DNA of 64,000 bases from a virus (lineage: Duplodnaviria > Caudoviricetes), in IMG/VR virus record IMGVR_UViG_3300021426_000071, positions 65,023-129,022 of that record; one strand, given 5' to 3'. Shown piece by piece: positions 1 to 9,693 of the stretch. Both the position numbers and the translations under genes were made by a program. How positions within the stretch are numbered: the first letter of the stretch is position 1; each line of letters begins with the position of its first letter. The notes beneath the pieces were generated by a model, which worked only from the letters and a program-made list of their open reading frames with translations, ran no database searches and was not told the DNA's origin.

Positions 1-1
1 G

Positions 2-1438
2 GCGCTTGATCCGCTGAAACAGTTGAGGGATGTAACAAAATCTTCAAGTAGGAGAATTCAGTCTTTAACAAAAGAAAATATTATTACATATCTTCAAAGT
101 CCGATTTCGAACGAGGCCAATCTTAGAAATGCCTCGTTTTATATTTTTTATAGAAATCAGGTTTATCAAAGGTTAATACTATATTTTTCAACACTATTCT
201 GTCTTGAGGCAAGAAGTATTATCCCAAAGTATGACCTGATTAAACCAGATTCTGATGACAAAATTTTAAAATCATTTAATGATACGGCCAAAATGCTTGG
301 TGCGTGGAATATCAATAATGAGTTTTTAAAAGTGATTATCACATGTATGATTCAGGACGTCAGTTATAACTGTGCGTATTATGACGACACTGGGTTATAT
401 TTGCTTCCACTTCCGGCTGATTATTGTAAGATCTATGCCCAGTATCCAGACGGTTCGTTCGCCTTTATGGTAGACATGTCCTATTTTAGAGGAACAAATA
501 ACTGGTTAATCGAAGCGTGGGGCGAACCATTTGCGAGCATGTATAGAGCCTTTGAAACAGAGGGCAATAATGGCAGATGGCAACCAATGCCTGATGAATA
601 CGCTGCGGCTTTCAAATTTAGAAATTATGATTATGAGACCGTTATTCCACCGTTTTCTGGAATTCTCGGGGATATGATCAATCTAAATGACATTTTTGAT
701 AACCAGAAGATCGCTGATGATGCAGAAATATATAAGCTTATATATTTAAAGCTGAAAACTATTACTGGTGCAAAAATGGCCGACGAGTGGGCCGTTGATC
801 CATCGGTCGCTATTGAGTATTTTAGAAGGCTTATTGACGAGGCGCTCCCAGATTATATGTCTGCGGCAATCGTTCCCGGAAATGATGATCTCGGTGTTAT
901 TGACTTTTCAAATACAGATAAGGCTTCTGAAAGTAATAAGGTTCTCAAAGCGACAAAGTCAATTCTTAATACTTCCGGCGGAGCACAGATTTTAAATTCT
1001 GCCGAAATATCTGGAACCACCGCTTTTAATGCCGCAATCAGGGCAGATACGGAATTTGCCATTAGTAGTCTTCTTCCGCAAATTGAGGGATGGTTTAATC
1101 GAATTATAGAGAATGTTGTCTCGAATCCTTCAATTATCAAGTTCTATCATGTAGGCAGATTAACAAGGGATGACTTTAGAAAAGAGATGCTCGAAAATGC
1201 TCAGTACTCTCTTCCTGCAAAATTAGCGATCATGTCTTTGAGTGGACTAGACCCGCTTCATGTCATGTCTCTTAATCATCTTGAAGAGGACATTCTTGAA
1301 CTTGGGGAGAAGTTTAACGATCCGCTTAGATCAAGTTATACCTCCAGTAATTATTACAGAGGCGGCAGACCAGTAAGTGATGATGGTTCTTTGACAGACG
1401 ATGGCGAAGCCAGTCGTGAAAAGACAGATAGGGCATAA
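2..1438 (+). CDS. Phage portal protein (5' end lies outside the window)
   Basis: The frame is open from base 2, so the ORF-track start at 23 is not the true start. Over 470 aa; first gene ahead of the protease/scaffold and capsid; C-terminal GGRP motif is typical of portals. Confidence 0.75.
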   Translation, partial: ALDPLKQLRDVTKSSSRRIQSLTKENIITYLQSPISNEANLRNASFYIFYRNQVYQRLILYFSTLFCLEARSIIPKYDLIKPDSDDKILKSFNDTAKMLGAWNINNEFLKVIITCMIQDVSYNCAYYDDTGLYLLPLPADYCKIYAQYPDGSFAFMVDMSYFRGTNNWLIEAWGEPFASMYRAFETEGNNGRWQPMPDEYAAAFKFRNYDYETVIPPFSGILGDMINLNDIFDNQKIADDAEIYKLIYLKLKTITGAKMADEWAVDPSVAIEYFRRLIDEALPDYMSAAIVPGNDDLGVIDFSNTDKASESNKVLKATKSILNTSGGAQILNSAEISGTTAFNAAIRADTEFAISSLLPQIEGWFNRIIENVVSNPSIIKFYHVGRLTRDDFRKEMLENAQYSLPAKLAIMSLSGLDPLHVMSLNHLEEDILELGEKFNDPLRSSYTSSNYYRGGRPVSDDGSLTDDGEASREKTDRA

Positions 1439-1461
1439 GCATATTAAAGGGAGTATATTAT

Positions 1462-1650
1462 ATGAATAGTAATTATATTAAATCCTCAGATCAAGACACA
1501 ATCAAGAAGCTTAAGCAGCTTGGTTTTGTCCTCCTTGAGGAAAAGAATGGAATGTCAACCTTTCTAAATGACCCAGCAACCATTAGAAAGTTTGCTGAAC
1601 CAGAAGGGATGATTTTTACATTCACAGACAAGATGAATTGTGGAGGTTGA
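1462..1650 (+). CDS. Small hypothetical protein (62 aa)
   Basis: AAGGGAG RBS upstream; fills the gap between the portal and protease genes. Confidence 0.65.
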   Translation: MNSNYIKSSDQDTIKKLKQLGFVLLEEKNGMSTFLNDPATIRKFAEPEGMIFTFTDKMNCGG

Positions 1651-1651
1651 G

Positions 1652-3169
1652 ATGAACAAGAAAGACTTTGTACAAATAGTCAAAACCCCCAGTGTGTTCA
1701 AGATTGATGATTCATTCACAGATGATCGCTTTATGAGAGTAAGAATAGCGGTCATGCATTCTGGGGAGAATCTAAACAAAAGTTCGTTTTCTACCAAAGT
1801 GATCAAGGATGCGAAGGACACATTTGCCAATATTCCCGTTCTTGCAAATGTTATTAAGTATACTGACGAGAATGGAGATGAGCACTTTGATTACAACGGA
1901 CACGATGCTCATATTGAGGAAGACGCTTTTAACGAAGGTGAGTACCGACTTATTTATGACGAGAAGGTTGTAGGTACTGTGCCAGAGTCAAATAATTTTG
2001 AGATTGTTCATGATGCGGAAACTGACAAGGATTATGCCTATGTAGATGCGTATATCTATAGAGAGTATGGCAACTATGCAGCTGATATTCTCGAAGAGAA
2101 GGGCGGTATTACGGATGTTAGCGCTGAGATATATACTGATGAAATATCATATGATGCTAATGCTCAAGTAATCGTTGTCAATAAAATGAGAATGGCTGGC
2201 ATTACCCTTCTTGGCGATGACGTGAATCCGGCAATGAAAGGTGCGAACGCGTCTGTCTTCTCTCTTGAGGAGGAAGATCAACAGTCGCAAATGATTAAAG
2301 TTATGAAGGAGCTTACAGATGCTCTGGATAAATATACCGCCGCTTTTGGCGAGAATCTGAAGAAAGGAGGAGAACCGAAGTTGAAATTCGAAGAGTTACT
2401 TGAAAAGTATGGGAAGACCGCCGATGAAATTGATTTCGAATATGACGGTCTGACAGATGAAGAACTTGAGTCGGCATTCGCTTCCGCATTTGAGGATTCA
2501 GATCCCGAAGGTGGCGAGCCTGATCCCGAAGAGGAGCAGGAAGAAGAGCAGAATTTTGCAACGATGTCAGTCAATATGAATGGCACAGTCCGCGAATTCA
2601 GCGTGTCTCTTCAGGACAAGATCTCTGCTCTGTATGAGCTTGTGAACAACACTTATGCCGATGAGGATGGCTGCTGGTACGACGTCACGGTTTATGATGA
2701 TGATAAATATGTCATAATGACGGACTGGTGGACAGGCAAGGGTTATAAACAATCTTATAAAGTTAAGAAGGATGTTTATACTCTGGTCGGTGATCGAGTT
2801 GAGGTATTCTCAACTTGGCTGACACAAGATGAGATTAATAAGCTTGATAAGATGAAGTCTGATTATACAGTAATGTCTGAAAAGCTTACTCATTATGAGG
2901 AAGAGCCGCAGAAGCTTGAGATTCTTGGATCGGATGACTACTCTCTCATCGCAGAAAATGAAGATTTTATTGCGCTGTGCGATCAGGAGAATCACTTCAA
3001 CATGTCAATTGAAGAGGTGACCGCAAAGGCTGACGCGATTCTGACCGCTGCCGCCAAGCAGCATAAATTCTCTGTAACTGATCAGGAGAAGAAAGCGAGT
3101 GTTAAACCGCTGCCCGCTCCGAAGAAGAAAGCAAAAAGATTTGGCACTCTGTTTGATGGAATAATTTAA
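1652..3169 (+). CDS. Prohead protease/scaffolding protein
   Basis: GGAGG RBS before ATG 1652. The N-terminus has H-x-G-x-N-x-N-x-S and S-x-E motifs typical of phage maturation proteases; the C-terminal half is acidic and helical. Sits between portal and capsid. Confidence 0.7.
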   Translation: MNKKDFVQIVKTPSVFKIDDSFTDDRFMRVRIAVMHSGENLNKSSFSTKVIKDAKDTFANIPVLANVIKYTDENGDEHFDYNGHDAHIEEDAFNEGEYRLIYDEKVVGTVPESNNFEIVHDAETDKDYAYVDAYIYREYGNYAADILEEKGGITDVSAEIYTDEISYDANAQVIVVNKMRMAGITLLGDDVNPAMKGANASVFSLEEEDQQSQMIKVMKELTDALDKYTAAFGENLKKGGEPKLKFEELLEKYGKTADEIDFEYDGLTDEELESAFASAFEDSDPEGGEPDPEEEQEEEQNFATMSVNMNGTVREFSVSLQDKISALYELVNNTYADEDGCWYDVTVYDDDKYVIMTDWWTGKGYKQSYKVKKDVYTLVGDRVEVFSTWLTQDEINKLDKMKSDYTVMSEKLTHYEEEPQKLEILGSDDYSLIAENEDFIALCDQENHFNMSIEEVTAKADAILTAAAKQHKFSVTDQEKKASVKPLPAPKKKAKRFGTLFDGII

Positions 3170-3170
3170 G

Positions 3171-3860
3171 ATGAAATATGCGGTTTATACAGGGACTCGT
3201 AATTTGTATTACAATATGATCCCAGCGGTTAAATCCATGCTGATTAATTCAGACGTGGATAAAATATATCTTCTGATTGAGGATGACAAATTTCTGGTTG
3301 ATCTGCCAAAAGAGGTTGAGTGTATTAATGTGAGTAATCAGAAATACTTTAAACCCGATGGCCCAAATATGAAGTCGCCATTTTCTTATATGGCACTGAT
3401 GCGAGCGGCTTTGCCAAAAGTATTCCCAGATCTTGATACTATTTTATCTCTTGATGTTGATACGATTGTTGATAAAGATATTTCTGACATTTGGGATCTT
3501 CCTCTTGGCGATCAATATTATTTTGCCGCAACGCCTGAAGTAAAAAGGTCTGAAAATGGATTGGTTTATACTAATGCGGGAGTAACATTATTTAATCTAA
3601 AGAAGCTTCGAGATGACGGTAAAGTAGATGAAGTTATAGATGTGTTAAATACTGCATACTTTCGTTGGGTGGATCAGGATGTATTAAATTATTTATGTCA
3701 GGGGCGGATTTATGAGATGCCCAGTGATTATAATGATACGCCGTATACTAAGAGACCTAATGCAATTAAGATCAAACATTATGCGGGTATGAAAGAATAT
3801 GGAGAAATGTCATATTTTAAAAAGTACCGCGCAATACCGTTTTCTGAAATCAGAAATTAA
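3171..3860 (+). CDS. Glycosyltransferase family 8 protein
   Basis: GT8 motifs: LDVDT (DxD), YTNAGV, DQDVLN, HYAG-x-K. Confidence 0.85.
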   Translation: MKYAVYTGTRNLYYNMIPAVKSMLINSDVDKIYLLIEDDKFLVDLPKEVECINVSNQKYFKPDGPNMKSPFSYMALMRAALPKVFPDLDTILSLDVDTIVDKDISDIWDLPLGDQYYFAATPEVKRSENGLVYTNAGVTLFNLKKLRDDGKVDEVIDVLNTAYFRWVDQDVLNYLCQGRIYEMPSDYNDTPYTKRPNAIKIKHYAGMKEYGEMSYFKKYRAIPFSEIRN

Positions 3861-3886
3861 TAATCAAAAGTTTAAATCAATTAATT

Positions 3887-3913
3887 GAGATCGCTTAGGC
3901 GATCTTATTTTTT
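3887..3913 (+). terminator. Intrinsic terminator
   Basis: GAGATCGC-TTAG-GCGATCTT hairpin followed by a T-tract. Confidence 0.7.
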
Positions 3914-3939
3914 ATTAAAAATTAGGAGGAAATTAAGCT

Positions 3940-4428
3940 ATGGCTTATATGCATATTAACTATAATGTCACGAAACATGGCACTGGTTATCCTGCTAACG
4001 TCAATGCTCAGGAATATGGCGATCATATTCTTAACATTAAGCTTGCTTCAAATACCGACAACGGTATGCTTGTTGCTGCGGACGTGAGCAAGGTTTGGCC
4101 TGAATTTGATGTCTTTGATGAGGCTGCTGTTAATACGTTTGAAGGAATTGTAGAACAGCAGATGCCTGATGGTATGTGGCTTGTGTGCGTAACCGATCCC
4201 GGCGATGCACTTTTTGTTTATCAGAAGCCCCTTACTCCTTATGAGTCTCCGAGAGAACTTACAGAGGAAGATGCTTTCTATAACAAAGCAGGCGACATTG
4301 TTCGTTGCTATTGCCTTAAGAAATTCGACCGTATCGCTGTTTCTGAAGATAACTTCAACGGAACCCCTACAAAGGGTGCTACTATCAGTGGCGTCGAAGA
4401 CAAAAAGATGACCGTAGGGTCTTATTAA
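3940..4428 (+). CDS. Head decoration/capsid stabilising protein (putative)
   Basis: Strong AGGAGG RBS; 162 aa, beta-rich; directly upstream of the major capsid gene; highly biased codon usage. Confidence 0.6.
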   Translation: MAYMHINYNVTKHGTGYPANVNAQEYGDHILNIKLASNTDNGMLVAADVSKVWPEFDVFDEAAVNTFEGIVEQQMPDGMWLVCVTDPGDALFVYQKPLTPYESPRELTEEDAFYNKAGDIVRCYCLKKFDRIAVSEDNFNGTPTKGATISGVEDKKMTVGSY

Positions 4429-4455
4429 TTTCGAGGAAAGGAGGAGAGATAAATC

Positions 4456-5589
4456 ATGATTAAGAACTTTAGTACGATGAATCTGCGCAACGTTTTTGCA
4501 GAGGATAATAAGTATGAGAATTTCAGACGTGTCGCTTCCAACCTCGTGCGTGGCATTGACACTTATGAACTTGATGAGAATGGCAACGAGAGACGCGTTT
4601 CTACTGCTGACGCCAACAAGGCGATCCGTAAGGTCTTTATGCAGATTTGCGGCCTGACGGAGGATGACCTTCGTTCGCAGAAGAAGCTTCGCAGAGCGCG
4701 TAGGGCGCATGAGACCGAGATCTTCGAGATCATCGAAGAGGATCTTGACTTTGTGATCAATGAGGGCTTTCAGGCCAATGAGTGGTTCAATGCCTTCGCT
4801 GAGATGAAGTCCCACGCCCTTGGTGATGCGAATGTCTTCTATTCTGATGAGAGACAGTATCTTATTGTTGGGGATACTTCTGGCGATCATCATGATGTGA
4901 CCATGCAGCAGCTTGGCAAGGGACAGGAGTTCTCTGTCCGCTGCACGAATCATGCTGTGAAGATTGGTAAGGATATTGATCTTATCATTCTTGGTCGCTA
5001 CGACTACAGCAAGATGGTCAACAAGGTTGCCGAGGCGTATGTGAAGGATATTCAGAATGGCATCTTTGCCGATGTTTATGCGGCGTCCGCCAAGCTTCCG
5101 GCTTCCATGAAGGATACTGGTGCTCTTTCTGCTCAAACGAAGCAGGACTTCGACGATCTTATTGCGAACGTCGAGATGGTTAATGACTCTGCTGTTGTGA
5201 TCATGGGCACGAAGAACGCTCTGAGAAAGATCACTGGTCTTGCTGATGTTGATTGGGCGACAAATGAGCAGAAGGCTTCTATTGTTGCTACTGGACGTCT
5301 TGGTGCTTATGAGGGAACGACTCTTATTGAGGTTCCTCAGAGGCTGAAGATTGGTGCGGATCTTAGTACGATTGACCAGAACGACATGCTTCTTCCGAAT
5401 GACAAGCTTCTGATCATCCCCGTGCGTGATGATAAGTTTGTCAAGTTCTATGACGAGGGCGAGACCGAGATCTATGAGATCACCGAGAAGGCTGCTCTTA
5501 AGGATGACTTCCAGACTTATGAGGTTCAGAGAGCCTATGGTCATGAGATCGTTCTTGGCCAGTATTTTGGCGAGTGGACGCTTGAATAA
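4456..5589 (+). CDS. Major capsid protein
   Basis: 377 aa; strong RBS; strongly biased high-expression codons; position in the head module; GRLGAYEGTTLIEV segment typical of the HK97-fold C-terminus. Confidence 0.8.
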   Translation: MIKNFSTMNLRNVFAEDNKYENFRRVASNLVRGIDTYELDENGNERRVSTADANKAIRKVFMQICGLTEDDLRSQKKLRRARRAHETEIFEIIEEDLDFVINEGFQANEWFNAFAEMKSHALGDANVFYSDERQYLIVGDTSGDHHDVTMQQLGKGQEFSVRCTNHAVKIGKDIDLIILGRYDYSKMVNKVAEAYVKDIQNGIFADVYAASAKLPASMKDTGALSAQTKQDFDDLIANVEMVNDSAVVIMGTKNALRKITGLADVDWATNEQKASIVATGRLGAYEGTTLIEVPQRLKIGADLSTIDQNDMLLPNDKLLIIPVRDDKFVKFYDEGETEIYEITEKAALKDDFQTYEVQRAYGHEIVLGQYFGEWTLE

Positions 5590-5618
5590 TTTTTGTAGTA
5601 GGAATAAAGGAGAATAAA

Positions 5619-6164
5619 ATGGCGGCAAGAAAGACAATGGCTACTATTGAGCCAAAGACAAAGGAGGCGGCTCCTAAGAAGACGGAGGCCACTCCTGCGG
5701 TTAAAACCAAGAAGTTTAGCAACGAAGACCGCATTCCGTGTTTCTCCATCACATCCGGCAAATATCTGTTTGTCGGAGATAAATCCGGCGATCTGTACCG
5801 CTGGCTGAATGATGGAGACGTAGTTGACGTGCGGTATGACGATCTTGTTGCCGCTGTAAGGACGAGAAAGCCCGCGGTGTTTAAGCCGCGTTTCATTATT
5901 AAAGACAAGGATTTCATTGCACAGTTTTCTCAGGTTAAGGATCTCTATGATTCTCTTTACAGCCTCGAGGATCTCAGATCTATTCTGACCCTTCCGGCTG
6001 ATAAGATGAAGACTGTCATTAATTCGCTTCCAGAAGGAGCGAAGGAGTCCCTGAGAGATATGGCAATGTCTGCCATTGATAGTGGAAATCTTGATTCCGT
6101 GCAGCGGGTTCGTGTTCTTGATGAAATCTATGGCACGAATATGCTTCTGAAGCTGACTGATTAA
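5619..6164 (+). CDS. Hypothetical head-completion protein
   Basis: AAGGAG RBS; follows the capsid gene. Confidence 0.55.
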   Translation: MAARKTMATIEPKTKEAAPKKTEATPAVKTKKFSNEDRIPCFSITSGKYLFVGDKSGDLYRWLNDGDVVDVRYDDLVAAVRTRKPAVFKPRFIIKDKDFIAQFSQVKDLYDSLYSLEDLRSILTLPADKMKTVINSLPEGAKESLRDMAMSAIDSGNLDSVQRVRVLDEIYGTNMLLKLTD

Positions 6165-6180
6165 TATCAGGAGGTGAGTC

Positions 6181-6648
6181 ATGACCTCTATAGAATATGA
6201 CGAAGTGTTTTCCAGATTCTATTCAAAAGTAGAAGCGTTTGATTTTTTATATGAAGAATTGCCAGAAGAGTTAATTGCGGAGTACATGTCCGAGTGGCTG
6301 CTCTCCGCAATCTCTTATCCATATATCAGAAAGCTGTTTACAACTGTCATTTTGGATAATGACGACGAAGAGATCCAATTCGAGTTGAGATATGAGGTTG
6401 ACGAATTTTCGGATACGCAATTTGTCACTGAGGTGCTGGCGTATGGGATGGTATATTCGTGGCTTGAACCTAAAGTAAAAAGCATCACGAATATTTACCA
6501 AAACTTTACAACCTCGGAACAGAAGTTTTACTCCCAAAGCGCCCACCTCTCGGAACTTCGCGCACTCGCATCTGATGCCGAGACGAGAATTCGCGGTCTC
6601 ATCAGAGACAGAGGATATCTTTATAATACTTGGCTGGACGGTGAATAA
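6181..6648 (+). CDS. Head-tail adaptor (putative)
   Basis: GGAGGTG RBS; 155 aa, helical; neck-module position. Confidence 0.55.
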   Translation: MTSIEYDEVFSRFYSKVEAFDFLYEELPEELIAEYMSEWLLSAISYPYIRKLFTTVILDNDDEEIQFELRYEVDEFSDTQFVTEVLAYGMVYSWLEPKVKSITNIYQNFTTSEQKFYSQSAHLSELRALASDAETRIRGLIRDRGYLYNTWLDGE

Positions 6649-6650
6649 TA

Positions 6651-6989
6651 ATGATTTCCAAATATGGAGACTTCTCCGCCGAACAGCTTGCGGAATACCG
6701 CTCCAGACTTCATAGTAAATTATTCTGGCTTTTACTTTATAAAGATCCTGAGACCAAAGATGAGTTCCAGTATGTGGATTATGATAAATATTTTTCCACG
6801 TTAATGAAGGAATTAAACGGACTCGGGGATCTACTCTTCCATCCAGACGGATTGGTTGAGATGCTTGCTGTCCTTGAGGCGGCATATAACGAATCTAAGG
6901 AAAACGATTTTAATTATAAGCTATATCGCAAATTCGTATTAGATGCACACACGATTCTTGATCGTATGAATTGGGAGGTGGCTGGATGA
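6651..6989 (+). CDS. Hypothetical neck-module protein
   Basis: Tightly packed ORF, coupled to its neighbours. Confidence 0.55.
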   Translation: MISKYGDFSAEQLAEYRSRLHSKLFWLLLYKDPETKDEFQYVDYDKYFSTLMKELNGLGDLLFHPDGLVEMLAVLEAAYNESKENDFNYKLYRKFVLDAHTILDRMNWEVAG

Positions 6990-8254
6990 TTACACGAGAA
7001 AGCTATCTCTCCGCTCTTTCGTCAAAAGGGTCTCACCTTGGCGAGGTGCGGAAGAATCGTTCTGATATGATTATGAATGCGACATTTACTGGCGATATTG
7101 GTTATCGCAAAGTATATATTCTTGACAAAGACGAGGGTTGGAAGTTTACTGACGCGAAATTCAGTAAGCACGCCGCATCCTCAATTGTCAAGGACGCAGT
7201 GGATTCCTATCTTCAGTTTAGACCAAAAGAGCACTATCCTGTAGGAACATATGTATTTATCCCAGATGATACAAAATATGATCTTACGGTTAGTCCAATC
7301 GTTCCAGAAGAAAAGGAAATTGATCCCGTGTGTCCGCCGGAAGAAGAAGATATTGTTTATGATATCAACGGCGCAGATCCACTGTGTGATGATGCTAAGA
7401 ATCTGTGGTTAATTGTCGGTAGGACAGATTCTAGACAGTTTGTGCAGTATCTTGTTTTGAGGTGTAACTGGAAATTTAGATGGGTAGAAGGTCATGGTGA
7501 TCGCAAACGACTTCATAGTTGTTGGGGTGTTCATCGTATGGCCAATTCGTACACAAGCGGGTGGTGGAATGACTTTAGAGTGACTTCCTTAGATTCGCTG
7601 ACCGCATTTTGGCTTCCTGATACATACTTTCTTTTTCAGGACGACATTAAGAAGTATAATCTACCAGATACAAGAACGGTAACCCATCAAATCCGCACCA
7701 TGATTTCAATGAACGACTTATATCCGAGTTGTTATATTGTTTCTAAGATTTTAGATATAGAACCAATAGGTGTAATCAAACTGTCTCTTAAACTTGATCA
7801 ATTCAACCCTAAACGAGATAGTATTGAATTAAAAGTCTGTGACTATTATAACGATACTGGTGATGTTATTGTTGATGAGCCAGTTGGCACAGGAGATCCC
7901 TGTTTAACCAGCGAGATTGTTAGTATGATGGTTAACACAGACGGCGAACTTGAACCTTCGAATATCCCAGATCATTCCTTAAGTATTGGGAAAACCTATT
8001 ACTACTCTGCCACCTTCTCAGATGAGGGAATTACTGCACAGTGGCGTATCAAACTTGTAGATGATGATGAGCAGTATACGGAAAAGGAACGACTTGAACT
8101 CGAAAGACTTATGGTTATTCGAGACGTAGATTCTACTACTATCTCACTCAGACCGGGCAAATCCAATCGGCTTAAAGGTCTGCATTTTACTCTCATTGTG
8201 TGCGACACCAATGGTGAGTATGAATCGACTTATGACGTGGAGGTGCCTGCATGA
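6986..8254 (+). CDS. Head closure protein (putative)
   Basis: GGAGGTG RBS and ATGA overlap place the start at 6986; beta-rich; neck-module position. Confidence 0.5.
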   Translation: MITRESYLSALSSKGSHLGEVRKNRSDMIMNATFTGDIGYRKVYILDKDEGWKFTDAKFSKHAASSIVKDAVDSYLQFRPKEHYPVGTYVFIPDDTKYDLTVSPIVPEEKEIDPVCPPEEEDIVYDINGADPLCDDAKNLWLIVGRTDSRQFVQYLVLRCNWKFRWVEGHGDRKRLHSCWGVHRMANSYTSGWWNDFRVTSLDSLTAFWLPDTYFLFQDDIKKYNLPDTRTVTHQIRTMISMNDLYPSCYIVSKILDIEPIGVIKLSLKLDQFNPKRDSIELKVCDYYNDTGDVIVDEPVGTGDPCLTSEIVSMMVNTDGELEPSNIPDHSLSIGKTYYYSATFSDEGITAQWRIKLVDDDEQYTEKERLELERLMVIRDVDSTTISLRPGKSNRLKGLHFTLIVCDTNGEYESTYDVEVPA

Positions 8255-8859
8255 AAAGAGATATTTCGAATATTGATCGGGTTCTAGATGATGTTCGTAA
8301 CAATGACATCATTTATAAGAAAGCGATTATTAAAAGGGTCTTCAATGAAGATCCTGATTTAAAAGATGTCCTTGGGCAACTACATCCTCTTCCACTTAAT
8401 AAATATGTAGACAAGGATAATCCGACAGAGGAAGAGTTAAAAGAGCGTACAAGAATTCTTGAGTATAATGAGAAAGTATCTCATCCTCAAATTCTTTCGT
8501 TTTTAAAGGTTAACGATATTCAAACAGAAGTTTTAAATTTCATTATGTTTGATATCGGAGATGAACGACCGTCATATACGAGCGATTTGATGAAAAATCA
8601 AGTTTTAACAGTGATGGTGCTTGTTCAAGAAGATGATATGGATACCGAATATGGAATTGATCGCGCAGATTTGCTTGGGTATATAATTAAGGATATATTG
8701 GGAAATAGTAATCTTACTGGATTACGGATGAAACCATATTCTGATGAACCGGGAATAACCGATACGGCATATTATTGCAGAACTCTTAAGTTTCTGATAC
8801 ATGCGCCCAATGCAAATAACTTCAGATCTGGGGTACAACGAAACTCTTATGAGTGGTAA
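8251..8859 (+). CDS. Tail terminator/completion protein (putative)
   Basis: ATGA overlap with the upstream gene; lies before the tail tube gene. Confidence 0.5.
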   Translation: MKRDISNIDRVLDDVRNNDIIYKKAIIKRVFNEDPDLKDVLGQLHPLPLNKYVDKDNPTEEELKERTRILEYNEKVSHPQILSFLKVNDIQTEVLNFIMFDIGDERPSYTSDLMKNQVLTVMVLVQEDDMDTEYGIDRADLLGYIIKDILGNSNLTGLRMKPYSDEPGITDTAYYCRTLKFLIHAPNANNFRSGVQRNSYEW

Positions 8860-9676
8860 AGTTGATGCTCTTAGATTATATTTCGGAGATCCATATCCTA
8901 TTACAGATAATATCAAAATTTATCAACCTAGTCTTCAGCAGATAATGGATTATGGAGAATCTGAATTTTTCTCCATGCTGTTCGTCTTTATTGGTAATAC
9001 CACTTATCGAAAATTATTCCTGTGGGAAAACGGAATAGATTGGAATAAGGTTTCTGATTACGAATTATTTTGCAATCTTGTAAGAATGCTGCCACAAGAT
9101 ATGACCGAGATCCTATTTGGTGACATCGATTTTACAGGATTTAATTTGTATGTCATGGAAGATCCAAATCCTGAGCCGGAACCAGAACCGGGAGTGAAAC
9201 TAAAGGTAATAGAAAAGAATAAGCGAGCGTTTCGCCTATTTGAGAGGACACACACCTTTATCAATGAAGATCAAGGAATAGAGATAAATGCAGATACTTA
9301 TCATATGATGCGCAGTGTTCTTCGCGAGATGGTGAAGTCTTATCCTAAAACTGAATATACCGCTAGTAAGATAACGAAAGAACTTCTTATTAAAGAAGAA
9401 AAGGATAAGATCGCAAAAGCGGCAAGAGAGCAGACAGATGCGGAAGACTCTACTCTCCTGCCGCTTATTTCATTCTGCGTAAATCATCCCGGCTTCAAGT
9501 ATAAGAAGTCGGAACTTAAAGAAGTTCAAATTAATGAGTTTATGGATAGTGTACAGAGGTTACAGATCTATGAGTCTACCCACGCCCTTATTGGCGGCAT
9601 GTATAGCGGAATGATTGATACCTCTAAGATTCCTAACTCAAGTTTTGATTTTATGAGACCTATTAAACAAAAATAA
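8849..9676 (+). CDS. Hypothetical tail-module protein
   Basis: Probable start ATG 8849 overlaps the upstream gene end; lies immediately before the tail tube gene. Confidence 0.55.
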   Translation: MSGKVDALRLYFGDPYPITDNIKIYQPSLQQIMDYGESEFFSMLFVFIGNTTYRKLFLWENGIDWNKVSDYELFCNLVRMLPQDMTEILFGDIDFTGFNLYVMEDPNPEPEPEPGVKLKVIEKNKRAFRLFERTHTFINEDQGIEINADTYHMMRSVLREMVKSYPKTEYTASKITKELLIKEEKDKIAKAAREQTDAEDSTLLPLISFCVNHPGFKYKKSELKEVQINEFMDSVQRLQIYESTHALIGGMYSGMIDTSKIPNSSFDFMRPIKQK

Positions 9677-9693
9677 TTTAGGAGGAAAAAATA

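Noticed and set aside
4048-5637. 529-aa antisense ORF across the decoration and capsid genes
   Set aside because: Explained by the strong codon bias of the sense genes (few TTA/CTA/TCA codons, so few antisense stops); no recognisable motifs.
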